64,000 nt of DNA from an uncultured bacterium. Lineage in GTDB: Bacteria > Verrucomicrobiota > Verrucomicrobiia > Verrucomicrobiales > DEV007. Numbering within the stretch: the stretch's first letter is position 1; each line of letters opens with the position of its first letter. The stretch spans positions 128,001 through 192,000 of the forward strand of contig CAXBMO010000008.1 in the NCBI GenBank assembly GCA_963977015.1. The letters run 5' to 3'. Position numbers and translations under genes: made by a program. This document shows positions 19,622-29,238 of the stretch, piece by piece. A model generated the notes under the pieces. It did not search any database and had not been told where the DNA came from. It saw only the letters and a list, made by a program, of their open reading frames with translations.

Positions 19622-20782
19622 GTGGCTGACGAATCCTCTTCCTCCCAACACTTCGAAACCCAGGCGATCCATGCCGGGCACAACTACGTGAACGATACCG
19701 GTGCGGTCATTCCGCCGGTCTACCTCTCCTCCACCTTTGAGTATGGCAATCCGGGAGGCTTTGACTACACGCGCTCCGGCAATCCCAATTTCCGCAACCT
19801 CGACGCGACGCTCTCCCAACTGGAAGGTTCCCAGTTCTGCACCAGCTTCGGCAGCGGCGTCTCCGCCATCACCGCCGTCGTCTCCACCTTGAAATCGGGC
19901 GATCTCGTCCTCGCCGAGGAAAACATCTACGGCTGCACCTTCCGTCTCTTCGCCCAGGTCTTCGCCAAGTTTGGCGTCGAGATCGAATACCTCGACTTTA
20001 CCTCGGCGGAAGCCCTCAAGCAGATCGATGCGAAGAAACCCGCCTTGGTCTGGATGGAGTCGCCGACCAACCCGCTGCTCAAGGTGATCGACATCGCCAA
20101 AGTCGCCGAGGCGTCGAAAGCTGCCGGAAGCAGCCTCATTGTCGACAACACCTTCGCCTCCAGCTACCTCCAGCGTCCCATTGAACTCGGTGCCGACGTT
20201 TCCCTCCTCAGCACCACCAAATACTCCAACGGTCACTCCGACTGCCTCGGCGGCGCGGTCTGCACCAACTCCGAGGAGTGGCACGACAAGATGGTCTTCG
20301 CCCAGAAAGCGCTCGGCCTCCAGCCCTCGCCCTTCGACACCTGGCTCATCACCCGCGGCCTCAAAACCGAAGCGATCCGCATGGAGCGCCATTCGTCGAA
20401 CGCCCTCAAGCTGGCCAAATTCCTCGAAGACGAATCGCCCGCCGAGATGGTGCGTTACCCCTTCCTTAAGTCGCATCCCCAGTATCGCATCGCGAAAAAG
20501 CAGATGCGCGCCGGCTCCGGCATCGTCACCGCCGACCTCGGTATCAGCCTCAAGAAGACCCTCAAGTTCCTCGAAACCCTCCGTTACTTCCCCAAAGCGG
20601 AAAGCCTCGGCGGCATCGAATCGCTCTGTTGCCACCCCGCCTCCATGACCCACGCCTCCGTCCCCAAAAAGACGCGGGAGAAAGTCGGTATCACCGATTC
20701 GTTGGTGCGGTTCTCCGTCGGCATCGAGCACGTCGACGACCTCATCGAGGATCTGGGGAGCGCCTTCGAAGTCATCGCCTAA
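19622..20782 (+). CDS. Cys/Met metabolism PLP-dependent enzyme (cystathionine gamma-lyase/synthase family)
   Basis: YTRSGNP, ESPTNP, VDNTF, STTKYSNGHSD (PLP Lys), AESLGG.ESL, RFSVGIE. Confidence 0.93.
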   Translation: MADESSSSQHFETQAIHAGHNYVNDTGAVIPPVYLSSTFEYGNPGGFDYTRSGNPNFRNLDATLSQLEGSQFCTSFGSGVSAITAVVSTLKSGDLVLAEENIYGCTFRLFAQVFAKFGVEIEYLDFTSAEALKQIDAKKPALVWMESPTNPLLKVIDIAKVAEASKAAGSSLIVDNTFASSYLQRPIELGADVSLLSTTKYSNGHSDCLGGAVCTNSEEWHDKMVFAQKALGLQPSPFDTWLITRGLKTEAIRMERHSSNALKLAKFLEDESPAEMVRYPFLKSHPQYRIAKKQMRAGSGIVTADLGISLKKTLKFLETLRYFPKAESLGGIESLCCHPASMTHASVPKKTREKVGITDSLVRFSVGIEHVDDLIEDLGSAFEVIA

Positions 20783-20804
20783 CCGCGAGGTCAACACGCT
20801 TCCT

Positions 20805-20928
20805 TGGACTGCGGCAGCCTGCTGCCGCTTTGGGGACTGGCGCAGCCTGCTGCGCCGGGAGGGCTCAAGGGTGTTGGTCCAGGCAGCAGGCTGCCTTCCA
20901 GAAAGCGGCAGCGGGCTGCCGCAGTCCA
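20805..20928. repeat. 124-bp REP/REPIN-like multi-palindrome element, copy A
   Basis: Terminal inverted repeats tggactgcggcagcctgctgccgcttt ... aaagcggcagcgggctgccgcagtcca enclosing two more GCAGC-n-GCTGC hairpins. Confidence 0.88.
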
Positions 20929-20937
20929 CGAACGAAG

Positions 20938-21134
20938 GATGCTGAAGGCATCATCGATAATAGCCCCGGATGAAATCCGGGGTACCAGCGGAAGAAGGGG
21001 ATGCCTCCTGAAGGGAGGCTCGAAAAGGGGGCTGGCCCATGTCACGTTTCGGGCGTCCATTCAGGACGCATGCCTGGGCCGTCGCGGGTTCCCCGGATTG
21101 ATCCGGGGCTGTTATGGGCGATGCCTTCAGCATC
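20938..21134. repeat. 197-bp second-family REP-like element with terminal inverted repeats
   Basis: gatgctgaaggcatc (20938-20952) is the exact reverse complement of gatgccttcagcatc (21120-21134); internal hairpins ccccggat/atccgggg x2, gcctcc/ggaggc, gcgtcc/ggacgc. Confidence 0.8.
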
Positions 21135-21251
21135 GATGCGGATCTTCAGGGAATGGGTGAAGGGCGGGACGTTGGACCAAGGGACGGTGGCCGGCCTCCA
21201 TTCTCCCTTTTCCCGGTTGCCTGACCAGCTTCCAATGCCTAGCTTCGCCGC

Positions 21252-24200
21252 ATGAGTGATGATTCCAGGTTGGGTATCGGTGGCTCGGGGTCCGAGGGGC
21301 CGGGCAAACGTGGCGGCAACGCCACCGACATCTTCCTTAGCCACAGTTCGGCGGACGACACCTACGTCGCCGAATTCGAATCCCTGGTCCACAGCCTCAT
21401 CGATGGAGAGGTGTTCAACGATGTGCGCAGCATCCCAGCGGGCGCGAAGTTCTGGGACGTGATCGAGAGGGGCATCCTGGCCTGCGAACGTCTCTACGTC
21501 ATCGTCTCCCGCTACTCCATGGCCTCGGAATGGGTCGCAAAGGAGATCAACCTCGCCCGAGAGAAGGGAAAGACCGTCATCGGCGTTCGCATCGAAGACT
21601 GCAAGGCCACGCTCCTTGAGGGCTACGACGTCATCAACCTCATCCCCAATCTCCCCAAACGCACCGTCCGCCCCAACACCAAAGGCCTCCCCGCCACCTA
21701 CACCGGCAAGCTCTACGGCCGCGACATCGAGCTCGCCCAGCTCATGACCGATCTCGGCAGCCAGAACACCCACATCGTCGCCTACGATGCGATGGGCGGG
21801 ACGGGCAAGACCGCGCTCCTTTACCACTTCGTGCAAACCCTCCGGGAAAAGGACTGGCCCAACCTGGACTCCGTCTTCATCTGGTCCTTCTACTCCCAGG
21901 GCTCCAGCGAGGACAAGCAAACCCACGCTGCCGACTTCTTCGAGGCCGCCTACGACCACTTTCACCCCGATGGCCGGGCCGCCATGCCCAGCGTCCAGCG
22001 CGATCAGGGCCTCCAACTGGCCGAGCTCATCGCCAACCAGCGCACCCTCCTCGTGCTCGATGGCCTCGAACCGCTCCAATACGCCGCCGGGGGCAGCAAC
22101 GCGCAGACCCACAAGTATGGCGGCATCAAAGATCAGGGCGTCAAAGCTCTCCTCGGCCGGCTCGCCGACATTGGCGATCGCGGACTCACCATCGTCACCA
22201 CCCGCATCAAGATCCACGAGCTGGCGGACCACAACGCCTTCCAGTCCCGCCCCCTGGATCAGCTCCCGGAAGACGCCGCCATCGAACTCCTGCGCGATCG
22301 CGGCATCGAGGCCAAGACCTTCCCAACCGGCACCGACCTCCCGGCCACCGTCCGGGCCGACTTCGTTCAGGCCATCAAAAGCCTGCAACACCACGCCCTC
22401 TCCCTCAACCTCGCCGCCCACCTCGTCGCCAACGAATACGACGGTCAGATCAAGGCCTTTGCCGACGTCCTGCCCCATCTGCACGACGACTCCCGCATCC
22501 ACGAGAACCATCGCAGCCCCTTTCGCGTCATGCGCGCGTTGGAAGTGGGGCTCTACCGCGTCTTGCACCATCGGCTGCAACGCATGAGCGCCCAGGAATC
22601 CATCGCGGATTCCCCCGCCGCCAATCAACTGGCCCTGCTCTACTTCCTCGGCCTCTTCGATCGACCCGCCGCTCTGGATCTGCTGCCAGTGGTCTACGAT
22701 GCCCCGGAAGAACTGCGGGACGCCGTGCACATGCAACCGGAAGACAAGGCGGAGTATCTGCGTCAGGTGGAAGCGGAGGCCGCCAAACGGGACCAGGTCC
22801 TCAACGATCCCAACGCCAGCGACGACGATCGCCTCGCCGCGCGGCACCGCTTTGAAGACCGGTTCTACCAGCTCTCCTTCCACTACTGGCTTCCGCCCGT
22901 CTTCGCCCGGTTCGATCAAGGCCCCCGCAGCGTCACCAACGCCCTGCAACAGCTCAACGGGCAAGGCCTCGTCTCCAAAGCCCGGCTCACCACCGGGGAA
23001 GGTGGGCACGCGGAATGGGAAAGCGTGGCCGGAGACACGAAATGGCACCAGCACCACGTGGACTGCCACCCGCTGATCCGGGAATACTTCGGGCACCAGC
23101 TGGAGACGCAATATCCGGAAGCGTTCCGAGAGGCGCATGGGCGGCTCTATGATTGGTTTCGCTTTGCGGGCTTGCCGGAGGCGTTTCGGGATCCGGTAGC
23201 TTATGGGGCGTTGGCCTTGAAAGCGGCGTTTCCTGAACATGTAGACCGCGTTCTTCAGAACATCATTGACGATGAGCTTCCGGACGTAGAGCGCCCGCAC
23301 ATTCCACCGTCGCTCCTTATTGGATCCACCGAATCCGTTCGATCTGCCCAATCGCTACTCTCCACCTCAGAAGCCGATACCGCCCTGCAAACCTTCCTCC
23401 CCGCCGACGAAGCGGGGATGACGCCGCTCTTCGCCGCCATCGGCCATGGCTGCCTGGCGGGGCGGGACGAGCCGCTCCCGCCCTTTTCCACCCCCCATCC
23501 CCACCTCCAGCCTTCCGATCAGGCCCTGATCCTCAGCCTGGCCGGCTTCGCCTTGCGCGCCATCGGCCGGCTCCCCGATGCCGTCGCTCCCATGCGGGCC
23601 ACCGTCGAATCAGTTGTCGATGCCGAAGACTGGGAACGCGCTGCAACAGCGGCAGGCAACCTCAGCGAACTCCTCCTCACCCTGGGCCACTTGGAGCGGG
23701 ACGAGGCGGGCCAGCCGGGGGCCCTGCCCACCGCCCAAGACGCCGTCTCCTACGCCGACCAGTCCGGCGATCTCTTCACGCAGATGATGTGCCGCGCTTC
23801 CAACCACGCCAACGCCCTCCTCGCCGCCGGTCGCCTGGGCCCGGCGGAGGCGCGCTTCCGCGAGGCCGAGGCCCTCCAGCGCGAGCGACAGCCCCAGCTC
23901 CCCCGCCTCTATTCCCTCCCAGGCTTCCTCTATGGCGATCTCCTCCTCGCCCGCAACCGGCCCCAAGAGGTCCGCGAGCGCGTCGCCTATTCATTACCGC
24001 TGCACCAACAAAACAACTTGCTCCTCGATATCGGATTGGACCAACTCAACGCCGCCCGAGCCCATCCGGCCCCCGCCTCCTTCGACTTCCTCAACCGCCT
24101 CCTCGAAGCCAACGCTGAAGAGTTCGTCGTCCGAGGCTACCTCGCCCAAGCCGAACTCCTTTTCCTCGCCTCGGATCCCGATCGCGCCGCCCTCGAAGCT

Positions 24201-24653
24201 GCCCTCCGCGAAGCCGAGACCCGTGCCCAACGCGGCCCCATGCCCCTCTTCCTGGCCGAGGCCTATCTCTTGCGGGCGCGGATGGAGCTGGTCGTCTCCG
24301 CCAATCCCTCCCGCGCCCAGGAAGCTTACGAGAGCGCCAAGCAACTCATCGACCAACACGGCTACGAACGCCGCCGCCCCGACCTCGCCGTGCTCCAGTG
24401 CGAGATCGATCCCAGCCTGGACAACTTCCAAATCGCCTGCCGGCACGTCAGCGAAGGCTGGTGGCACCTCATTTCCCGGCTCGAGGCTCTCGCCGTGCAG
24501 ATCGATGGACCGCCGAAGAAGGGCTTCCTCGGATTCGGGAAGAAGAAAGGGGCAGCCGAAGCCTTGCTCGAGCCCCTGCGCGCAGCCGAGGCCGCGTATC
24601 ATGAGGAGCGGGATGCGTATCTGGCGGAGGTGGAGCGGAAGGCGCAGGAGTAG
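21252..24653 (+). CDS. TIR domain + STAND (NB-ARC/NACHT-like) NTPase + TPR-like repeats; NLR-like protein
   Basis: TIR: DIFLSHSSAD...SEWVAKE. Walker A AMGGTGKT, Walker B LLVLDGLE, sensor IVTTR, winged-helix DCHPLIREY, helical Ala/Leu-rich C-terminus. Confidence 0.88.
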   Translation: MSDDSRLGIGGSGSEGPGKRGGNATDIFLSHSSADDTYVAEFESLVHSLIDGEVFNDVRSIPAGAKFWDVIERGILACERLYVIVSRYSMASEWVAKEINLAREKGKTVIGVRIEDCKATLLEGYDVINLIPNLPKRTVRPNTKGLPATYTGKLYGRDIELAQLMTDLGSQNTHIVAYDAMGGTGKTALLYHFVQTLREKDWPNLDSVFIWSFYSQGSSEDKQTHAADFFEAAYDHFHPDGRAAMPSVQRDQGLQLAELIANQRTLLVLDGLEPLQYAAGGSNAQTHKYGGIKDQGVKALLGRLADIGDRGLTIVTTRIKIHELADHNAFQSRPLDQLPEDAAIELLRDRGIEAKTFPTGTDLPATVRADFVQAIKSLQHHALSLNLAAHLVANEYDGQIKAFADVLPHLHDDSRIHENHRSPFRVMRALEVGLYRVLHHRLQRMSAQESIADSPAANQLALLYFLGLFDRPAALDLLPVVYDAPEELRDAVHMQPEDKAEYLRQVEAEAAKRDQVLNDPNASDDDRLAARHRFEDRFYQLSFHYWLPPVFARFDQGPRSVTNALQQLNGQGLVSKARLTTGEGGHAEWESVAGDTKWHQHHVDCHPLIREYFGHQLETQYPEAFREAHGRLYDWFRFAGLPEAFRDPVAYGALALKAAFPEHVDRVLQNIIDDELPDVERPHIPPSLLIGSTESVRSAQSLLSTSEADTALQTFLPADEAGMTPLFAAIGHGCLAGRDEPLPPFSTPHPHLQPSDQALILSLAGFALRAIGRLPDAVAPMRATVESVVDAEDWERAATAAGNLSELLLTLGHLERDEAGQPGALPTAQDAVSYADQSGDLFTQMMCRASNHANALLAAGRLGPAEARFREAEALQRERQPQLPRLYSLPGFLYGDLLLARNRPQEVRERVAYSLPLHQQNNLLLDIGLDQLNAARAHPAPASFDFLNRLLEANAEEFVVRGYLAQAELLFLASDPDRAALEAALREAETRAQRGPMPLFLAEAYLLRARMELVVSANPSRAQEAYESAKQLIDQHGYERRRPDLAVLQCEIDPSLDNFQIACRHVSEGWWHLISRLEALAVQIDGPPKKGFLGFGKKKGAAEALLEPLRAAEAAYHEERDAYLAEVERKAQE

Positions 24654-24678
24654 CCGCCCGTCCATTCGTCGGAATCCT

Positions 24679-24802
24679 TGGACTGCGGCAGCCCGCTGCC
24701 GCTTTCTGGAAGGCAGCCTGCTGCCTGGACCATGGCCTTTGAACCCTCTCGGCGCAGCAGGCTGCGCCAGTCCCCAAAGCGGCAGCAGGCTGCCGCAGTC
24801 CA
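24679..24802. repeat. 124-bp REP/REPIN-like multi-palindrome element, copy B (inverted relative to copy A)
   Basis: Reverse complement aligns to 20805-20928 with 6 mismatches by manual count, all in the central spacer. Confidence 0.88.
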
Positions 24803-25094
24803 TGAAGGATGCTCGTGGATTGTTACGAATTCTTAACATCCAGAACAGTTGAATATCTTGACGCACACAACGGGTCGGGCTCCCACCCCAGATGGGTAAG
24901 CTTACGCCCCCAGTCAGGTCGGATCATGCCTTCATGTGCTTCATGGTTGAATCCTGCGGAGACTCGAGCACCCGCCCATTCGACGAAACCGTCTCGATTT
25001 CCGCTGCGGAATCGATGAAGGATGGGGTTGCGAACTGGCGTTCCTTCGTGAAAAGGGTGATCTCGGCATTTTATCCCTGAGCCTTCCACGACCC

Positions 25095-26579
25095 TTGCGC
25101 GATTTCCTGACTCATCCTGCCTGCCATCCCGCTGATCTCGGCCTTCCGTTGCCCGATGATCCGCATGCGGTTTCCGTGGCGATGCCGCTTTGGGAGCATG
25201 TGGTGGGGTATGAGGAGGAGAATCCGGCGGTGATCAAGGCGTTGCAATGCGGGTATCCGCGTTTTTTTGTGCATCCGCTGGTTTCGAAGTTGTTCGATCT
25301 GGCGAGAGAGTCGAGCTGCAAACGCGACGAACGCGCCTTGGTGTTGCCATCCCTGGCATCGGCGAAACGGTGTGCGCAGTTTGTGAATGGGCGAATCGGG
25401 GTCACGCCGAAGGTGGAAGAGTGGGCCGGGGGAATGGCGCTGGTGATCGCTCCGCAAGTTCATTGGCGCGAATTGATGCTGTTCTGGCGGGTCTGCGGCG
25501 AAGTGGTCAGCAGCCGGCGCGCGGAAGCGGCCTTGCAGGAGCGCTTTGAGGCGTCGCCTTCGAGCGCGGATGCCAAGTTGATGATTCGCGATCGATTGGC
25601 GAAGTTGACCGGTCAGGATGCGTCCGATGTCTATCTGTTTCCGTCAGGGATCGCGGCGATTTACGCGTCCCATCGGTTGGTGACGGAGTTTTTGCCGGGA
25701 CGGAAGACGATGCAGATCGAGTTTCCCTATGTCGACGTCCTCAAGGTGCAGCAGGAGTTTGGCAGCGGAGTGGAGTTTGTCGCGAATCCGGATGGTGGCG
25801 GAGTTGATGCGGCGCGCAGGTTGGCGGCGGCTGGGGACTTGTCGGGAGTGTTCTGCGAGGTGGCGAGCAATCCTCAGCTTCGGACGGCGGACCTGGCGGG
25901 GTTGGCGGGCGTTCTGGGGCCGGAAGGGATTCCCCTGGTGGTTGATGATACGGTTTCCACCTGCTTCAACGTCGATGCGTTTCAACACGCGGACGTCGTG
26001 ACCATGAGTCTAACCAAGTTCTTCAGTGGAGTGGGCGACGTGATGGCAGGGGCGATGATCGTGAAGAATGATTCCCCGCACAATGCGGCCTTCAAGCGCA
26101 TCCTGGATGAGATTTACCAGGACGATCTTTGGGGAAGTGATGCCTCGGTTCTGGAGAAAAACTCGCGCGACTTTTCAACCCGGATGGAGAAGATCAACGC
26201 CAATGCGGAGGCGGTTTATGATAGCCTTTCGGAGCGAACCGATCTCGTGGAACACCTCTGGTATCCGAAGGGTGAGACTCCGGAACTTTACCGCGCCATT
26301 CAGCGCAAGGGTGGGGGGCTCGGCGGTTTGTTTTCGCTACTGCTCAAGGATCCGAAGCGCAACGCTCCCCGATTCTACAATGCCTTGCGGGTGTCGAAAG
26401 GGCCGAGTCTCGGCACGAATTTCACGTTGGCCTGTCCCTACATGCTCCTGGCCCATTACCCGGAGCTGGATTGGTCCGACAAGCTGGGGATCGATCGGCA
26501 CCTGCTTCGGGTATCGGTCGGATTGGAAGATCCCGAAGACCTTTGTCGCCGCTTTCATGCGGCGTTTGATGTTCTGTAG
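25095..26579 (+). CDS. PLP-dependent transferase, long (Str2-like) cystathionine gamma-synthase type
   Basis: N-terminal LG.PLP.DPHAVSVAMP.W..VVGYEE...GYPRFF; VVDDT, SLTKFFSG.GDV, KGPSLGTNFTL, RVSVGLE. TTG start is uncertain. Confidence 0.85.
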   Translation: MRDFLTHPACHPADLGLPLPDDPHAVSVAMPLWEHVVGYEEENPAVIKALQCGYPRFFVHPLVSKLFDLARESSCKRDERALVLPSLASAKRCAQFVNGRIGVTPKVEEWAGGMALVIAPQVHWRELMLFWRVCGEVVSSRRAEAALQERFEASPSSADAKLMIRDRLAKLTGQDASDVYLFPSGIAAIYASHRLVTEFLPGRKTMQIEFPYVDVLKVQQEFGSGVEFVANPDGGGVDAARRLAAAGDLSGVFCEVASNPQLRTADLAGLAGVLGPEGIPLVVDDTVSTCFNVDAFQHADVVTMSLTKFFSGVGDVMAGAMIVKNDSPHNAAFKRILDEIYQDDLWGSDASVLEKNSRDFSTRMEKINANAEAVYDSLSERTDLVEHLWYPKGETPELYRAIQRKGGGLGGLFSLLLKDPKRNAPRFYNALRVSKGPSLGTNFTLACPYMLLAHYPELDWSDKLGIDRHLLRVSVGLEDPEDLCRRFHAAFDVL

Positions 26580-26676
26580 AGCCGACAACGCTTTTCGGTG
26601 GGTTGAGGGTGCCTACAATCGCAAATTCCTTTTGTAATTCACGAAGTCGAGCGGCGTTCTCCATACTCGCGGCGCT

Positions 26677-27549
26677 ATGAAATCGTTGTTGAAAACTCTG
26701 GTTGTTGGCTCGGTCGCGTTGGGGACGACCGCGATCGTACAAGGTTATGTTTCGGTCCCGAGCATCCAGAATCACCTCCCGGCCAAGCTGAGTTTCTCCC
26801 AGGAAGAGGCTCCGTGGGAAACCTTCTTCTCCGTCTTTGGCGTGATCTACGCGATCCTGGTCGGTTTCCTCGTGGTCAAGGTTCTCGAACGGTTCACGTC
26901 GTTGTCCGATGCGTTGGAGGGAGAGGTCAATGCGTTGCAGGATGTCCGCGATCTGCTGACGTATTTCGAAGGAAAACAGGATGCCGCGAAGCGGGAACTT
27001 CTCACTCAGTTGGACGAATACGTTCGCTCGGTCGCCTACGTGGAATGGAAGGCAATGAGTCGTCGCAAGCGAATGGACCGGATCGATTCGGAGACGACGC
27101 AGGAGTTGATGGACATGATGCGGGCGGCCAACCTGTTGAAGGTCGATGACCACAGCGATGAGGTCGCGCTCGGCTGCATTATCAATCGGCTGACGGATGT
27201 GACGAGCTATCGAACGTCGCGGATCAGCCTGGCTCAGGAGCGATTGCCAAAGCGGCTCAAAGGGTTGCTGTGGTTCATGTCGATGGTGCTGGTCCTGGGG
27301 TTTATGGTGATGGAAGTCGCTCATCCGGCGATGCACCTGGGAATGGTCGCGGCGATCTCGGTGGCCGGGCATTTGGTGGTGGGCGTGATCTTCGACCTGG
27401 ACCATCCGTTGACCGGGACCTGGAACGTTTCGCAGGCCCCGTTGCTCGATGCGATAGAAGCGTTTGAGCGGGAGCTGATGACGTATCGGATGATGGATGG
27501 GGCGCGGAGCCGGGAGACGGGAATGGTCGAAATCCCGACGGCAGCCTGA
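26677..27549 (+). CDS. DUF4239/bestrophin-like membrane protein
   Basis: FGVIYAILVGF.VV, Y.RSV...EW..M, C-terminal TM pair followed by DLDHPLTG. Confidence 0.72.
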   Translation: MKSLLKTLVVGSVALGTTAIVQGYVSVPSIQNHLPAKLSFSQEEAPWETFFSVFGVIYAILVGFLVVKVLERFTSLSDALEGEVNALQDVRDLLTYFEGKQDAAKRELLTQLDEYVRSVAYVEWKAMSRRKRMDRIDSETTQELMDMMRAANLLKVDDHSDEVALGCIINRLTDVTSYRTSRISLAQERLPKRLKGLLWFMSMVLVLGFMVMEVAHPAMHLGMVAAISVAGHLVVGVIFDLDHPLTGTWNVSQAPLLDAIEAFERELMTYRMMDGARSRETGMVEIPTAA

Positions 27550-27603
27550 CGGTGCCACGGGCGAGATTCGGTTGCGTGGTTCTGCTTCGTGGCTTGTAGT
27601 CGA

Positions 27604-29130
27604 ATGATGAAAACCCATGTAGCATTCGCAGCAGCCTTCTCCCTGTTCGCCAGCTTCTTCGACCCTTCCGCCGAGGCGCAATCCAAGCCGAACGTTCTGA
27701 TTCTCTATGCGGATGATCTGGGGTTTGGCGATCTAGGGTGTTACAATGCGGATTCCAAGATTCCGACGCCGAACCTGGACAAGCTGGCGGCTGAGGGAAT
27801 CCAGTTTCTGGATGGGCATTCTTCTTCGGGCATCTGCACGCCGAGCCGCTATGCGTTGCTGACCGGGCGTCATCACTGGCGCGATTTTCACGGGATTGTG
27901 AATGCGTTTGGGAAGTCCGTGTTTCAACCGGAGCGGCTTACGATGCCGGAAATGCTGCAAGAGAATGGCTACCACACCGCTGCGATTGGCAAGTGGCACC
28001 TCGGTTGGAATTGGGACGCGGTTCGGAAGCCTGACGCGAAGCCGATCAAGGAAGGGAAGCGGTCAAGTTGGGGGCCGGAAGCGTTTGATTGGACCAAGCC
28101 AATCCCGGACGGCCCGTTGGCCCATGGGTTCGACCATTACTTTGGCGATACGGTGATCAACTTTCCGCCCTATTGCTGGATTGAGGATGAGCATGTGGTG
28201 AAGGCGCCCGATGTGTTGATGGACACGGCCAAATGGAAGACCATCAAGGAAGGGAATTGGGAATGCCGGCCGGGACCGATGACGTCCGACTGGGATCCGT
28301 ATGAGAACATTCCCACGACGACGAAACGTGGAGTCGAATATATCAGGAAGCAGGCGGAGAACGATGAGCCGTTCTTTCTCTACTTTGCGTTTCCGTCGCC
28401 CCATGCGCCGATCATTCCGAATGACCAGTTTGATGGAAAATCCGAGGCGGGGCCCTATGGCGACTTCGTGTTCGAAACGGACGATGCCTGTGGGCAGTTG
28501 TTGGCTGCGCTGGAGGAATCCGGCCAGGCGAACAATACATTGGTTATCTTTACGGCGGACAATGGGCCGGAGAAATACGCCTATGCGCGAGCCGAGAAAT
28601 TCGGGCATTGGTCCGCGGAGCCGCTTCGTGGGTTGAAACGCGATATCTATGAGGGCGGGCATCACGTTCCGTTCATCATCAAGTGGCCGGGCAAAGCGAC
28701 GCCGGGCGTTTCGAACGCGTTGGTCTCGCAGATCGACATCATGGCCACGGTGGCTGAGGTGTTGGAGGTTGAGTTGCCGGATGATGCTGCGGAGGATTCG
28801 CACAGCCTGCTGCCGCTGCTGAAAGGGGAGGCCGAATCAGTCCGGGACACGCATGTCCATAACACCTACGACGGGCAATATGGAATTCGAAACGGTGACT
28901 GGGTCTTGATCGACGCCAAAGATGGTTATCGCTCAGGTCGGAACAAGGCCTGGGAAGCCGAGCGCGGATATTCGAAGGACGATGATCAGCCCTTTGAACT
29001 CTATAATCTGAAGGATGACCTCGCTCAGAAGAACAACGTCGCGGCACAACATCCGGAGAAGGTGACCCAGCTGCAGGCGCTGTTGAAGAAAATCCGCGAA
29101 CAAGGCTTCTCAGCCCCGCGTTTGCAGTAA
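27604..29130 (+). CDS. Arylsulfatase
   Basis: Signal peptide; [38 protein letters not shown]. Confidence 0.94.
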   Translation: MMKTHVAFAAAFSLFASFFDPSAEAQSKPNVLILYADDLGFGDLGCYNADSKIPTPNLDKLAAEGIQFLDGHSSSGICTPSRYALLTGRHHWRDFHGIVNAFGKSVFQPERLTMPEMLQENGYHTAAIGKWHLGWNWDAVRKPDAKPIKEGKRSSWGPEAFDWTKPIPDGPLAHGFDHYFGDTVINFPPYCWIEDEHVVKAPDVLMDTAKWKTIKEGNWECRPGPMTSDWDPYENIPTTTKRGVEYIRKQAENDEPFFLYFAFPSPHAPIIPNDQFDGKSEAGPYGDFVFETDDACGQLLAALEESGQANNTLVIFTADNGPEKYAYARAEKFGHWSAEPLRGLKRDIYEGGHHVPFIIKWPGKATPGVSNALVSQIDIMATVAEVLEVELPDDAAEDSHSLLPLLKGEAESVRDTHVHNTYDGQYGIRNGDWVLIDAKDGYRSGRNKAWEAERGYSKDDDQPFELYNLKDDLAQKNNVAAQHPEKVTQLQALLKKIREQGFSAPRLQ

Positions 29131-29238
29131 CCCGATAGCTTTTTCCGAGCTTCGTGGAATCAGCATCCCGGTGCGGAAGTGGCGATGGCGATGGCGATGG
29201 GATTCAATTAGGTGCTTGGTTGGCAGCGGTCTTCGAAC

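Noticed and set aside
20805-21134. Possible CRISPR array in the palindromic repeats
   Set aside because: Units are inverted and nested, not direct repeats with unique equal-length spacers, and there are no cas genes.
21042-23351. 769-aa antisense ORF, and similar long shadow ORFs (e.g. 12865-14523, 6032-7435, 19610-20929)
   Set aside because: They mirror well-supported genes, carry no motifs, and are expected from GC-rich codon bias.
23985-24045. Possible diversity-generating retroelement variable region in the TPR part
   Set aside because: No template repeat or reverse transcriptase in the window.
23994-24866. ORFs containing MDCGSLLPL / RQRAAAVQ peptides (also 20804-21160)
   Set aside because: These are translations of the REP-like repeats, not genes.
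24830-25094. SAM riboswitch upstream of the Str2-like gene
   Set aside because: No recognisable SAM-I, SAM-II or SAH core; only a short cttcatg-tg-cttcatg duplication. An Rfam scan is needed to exclude it fully.
29181-29200. (GGCGAT)x3 microsatellite
   Set aside because: Too short and intergenic; no evidence of phase variation.
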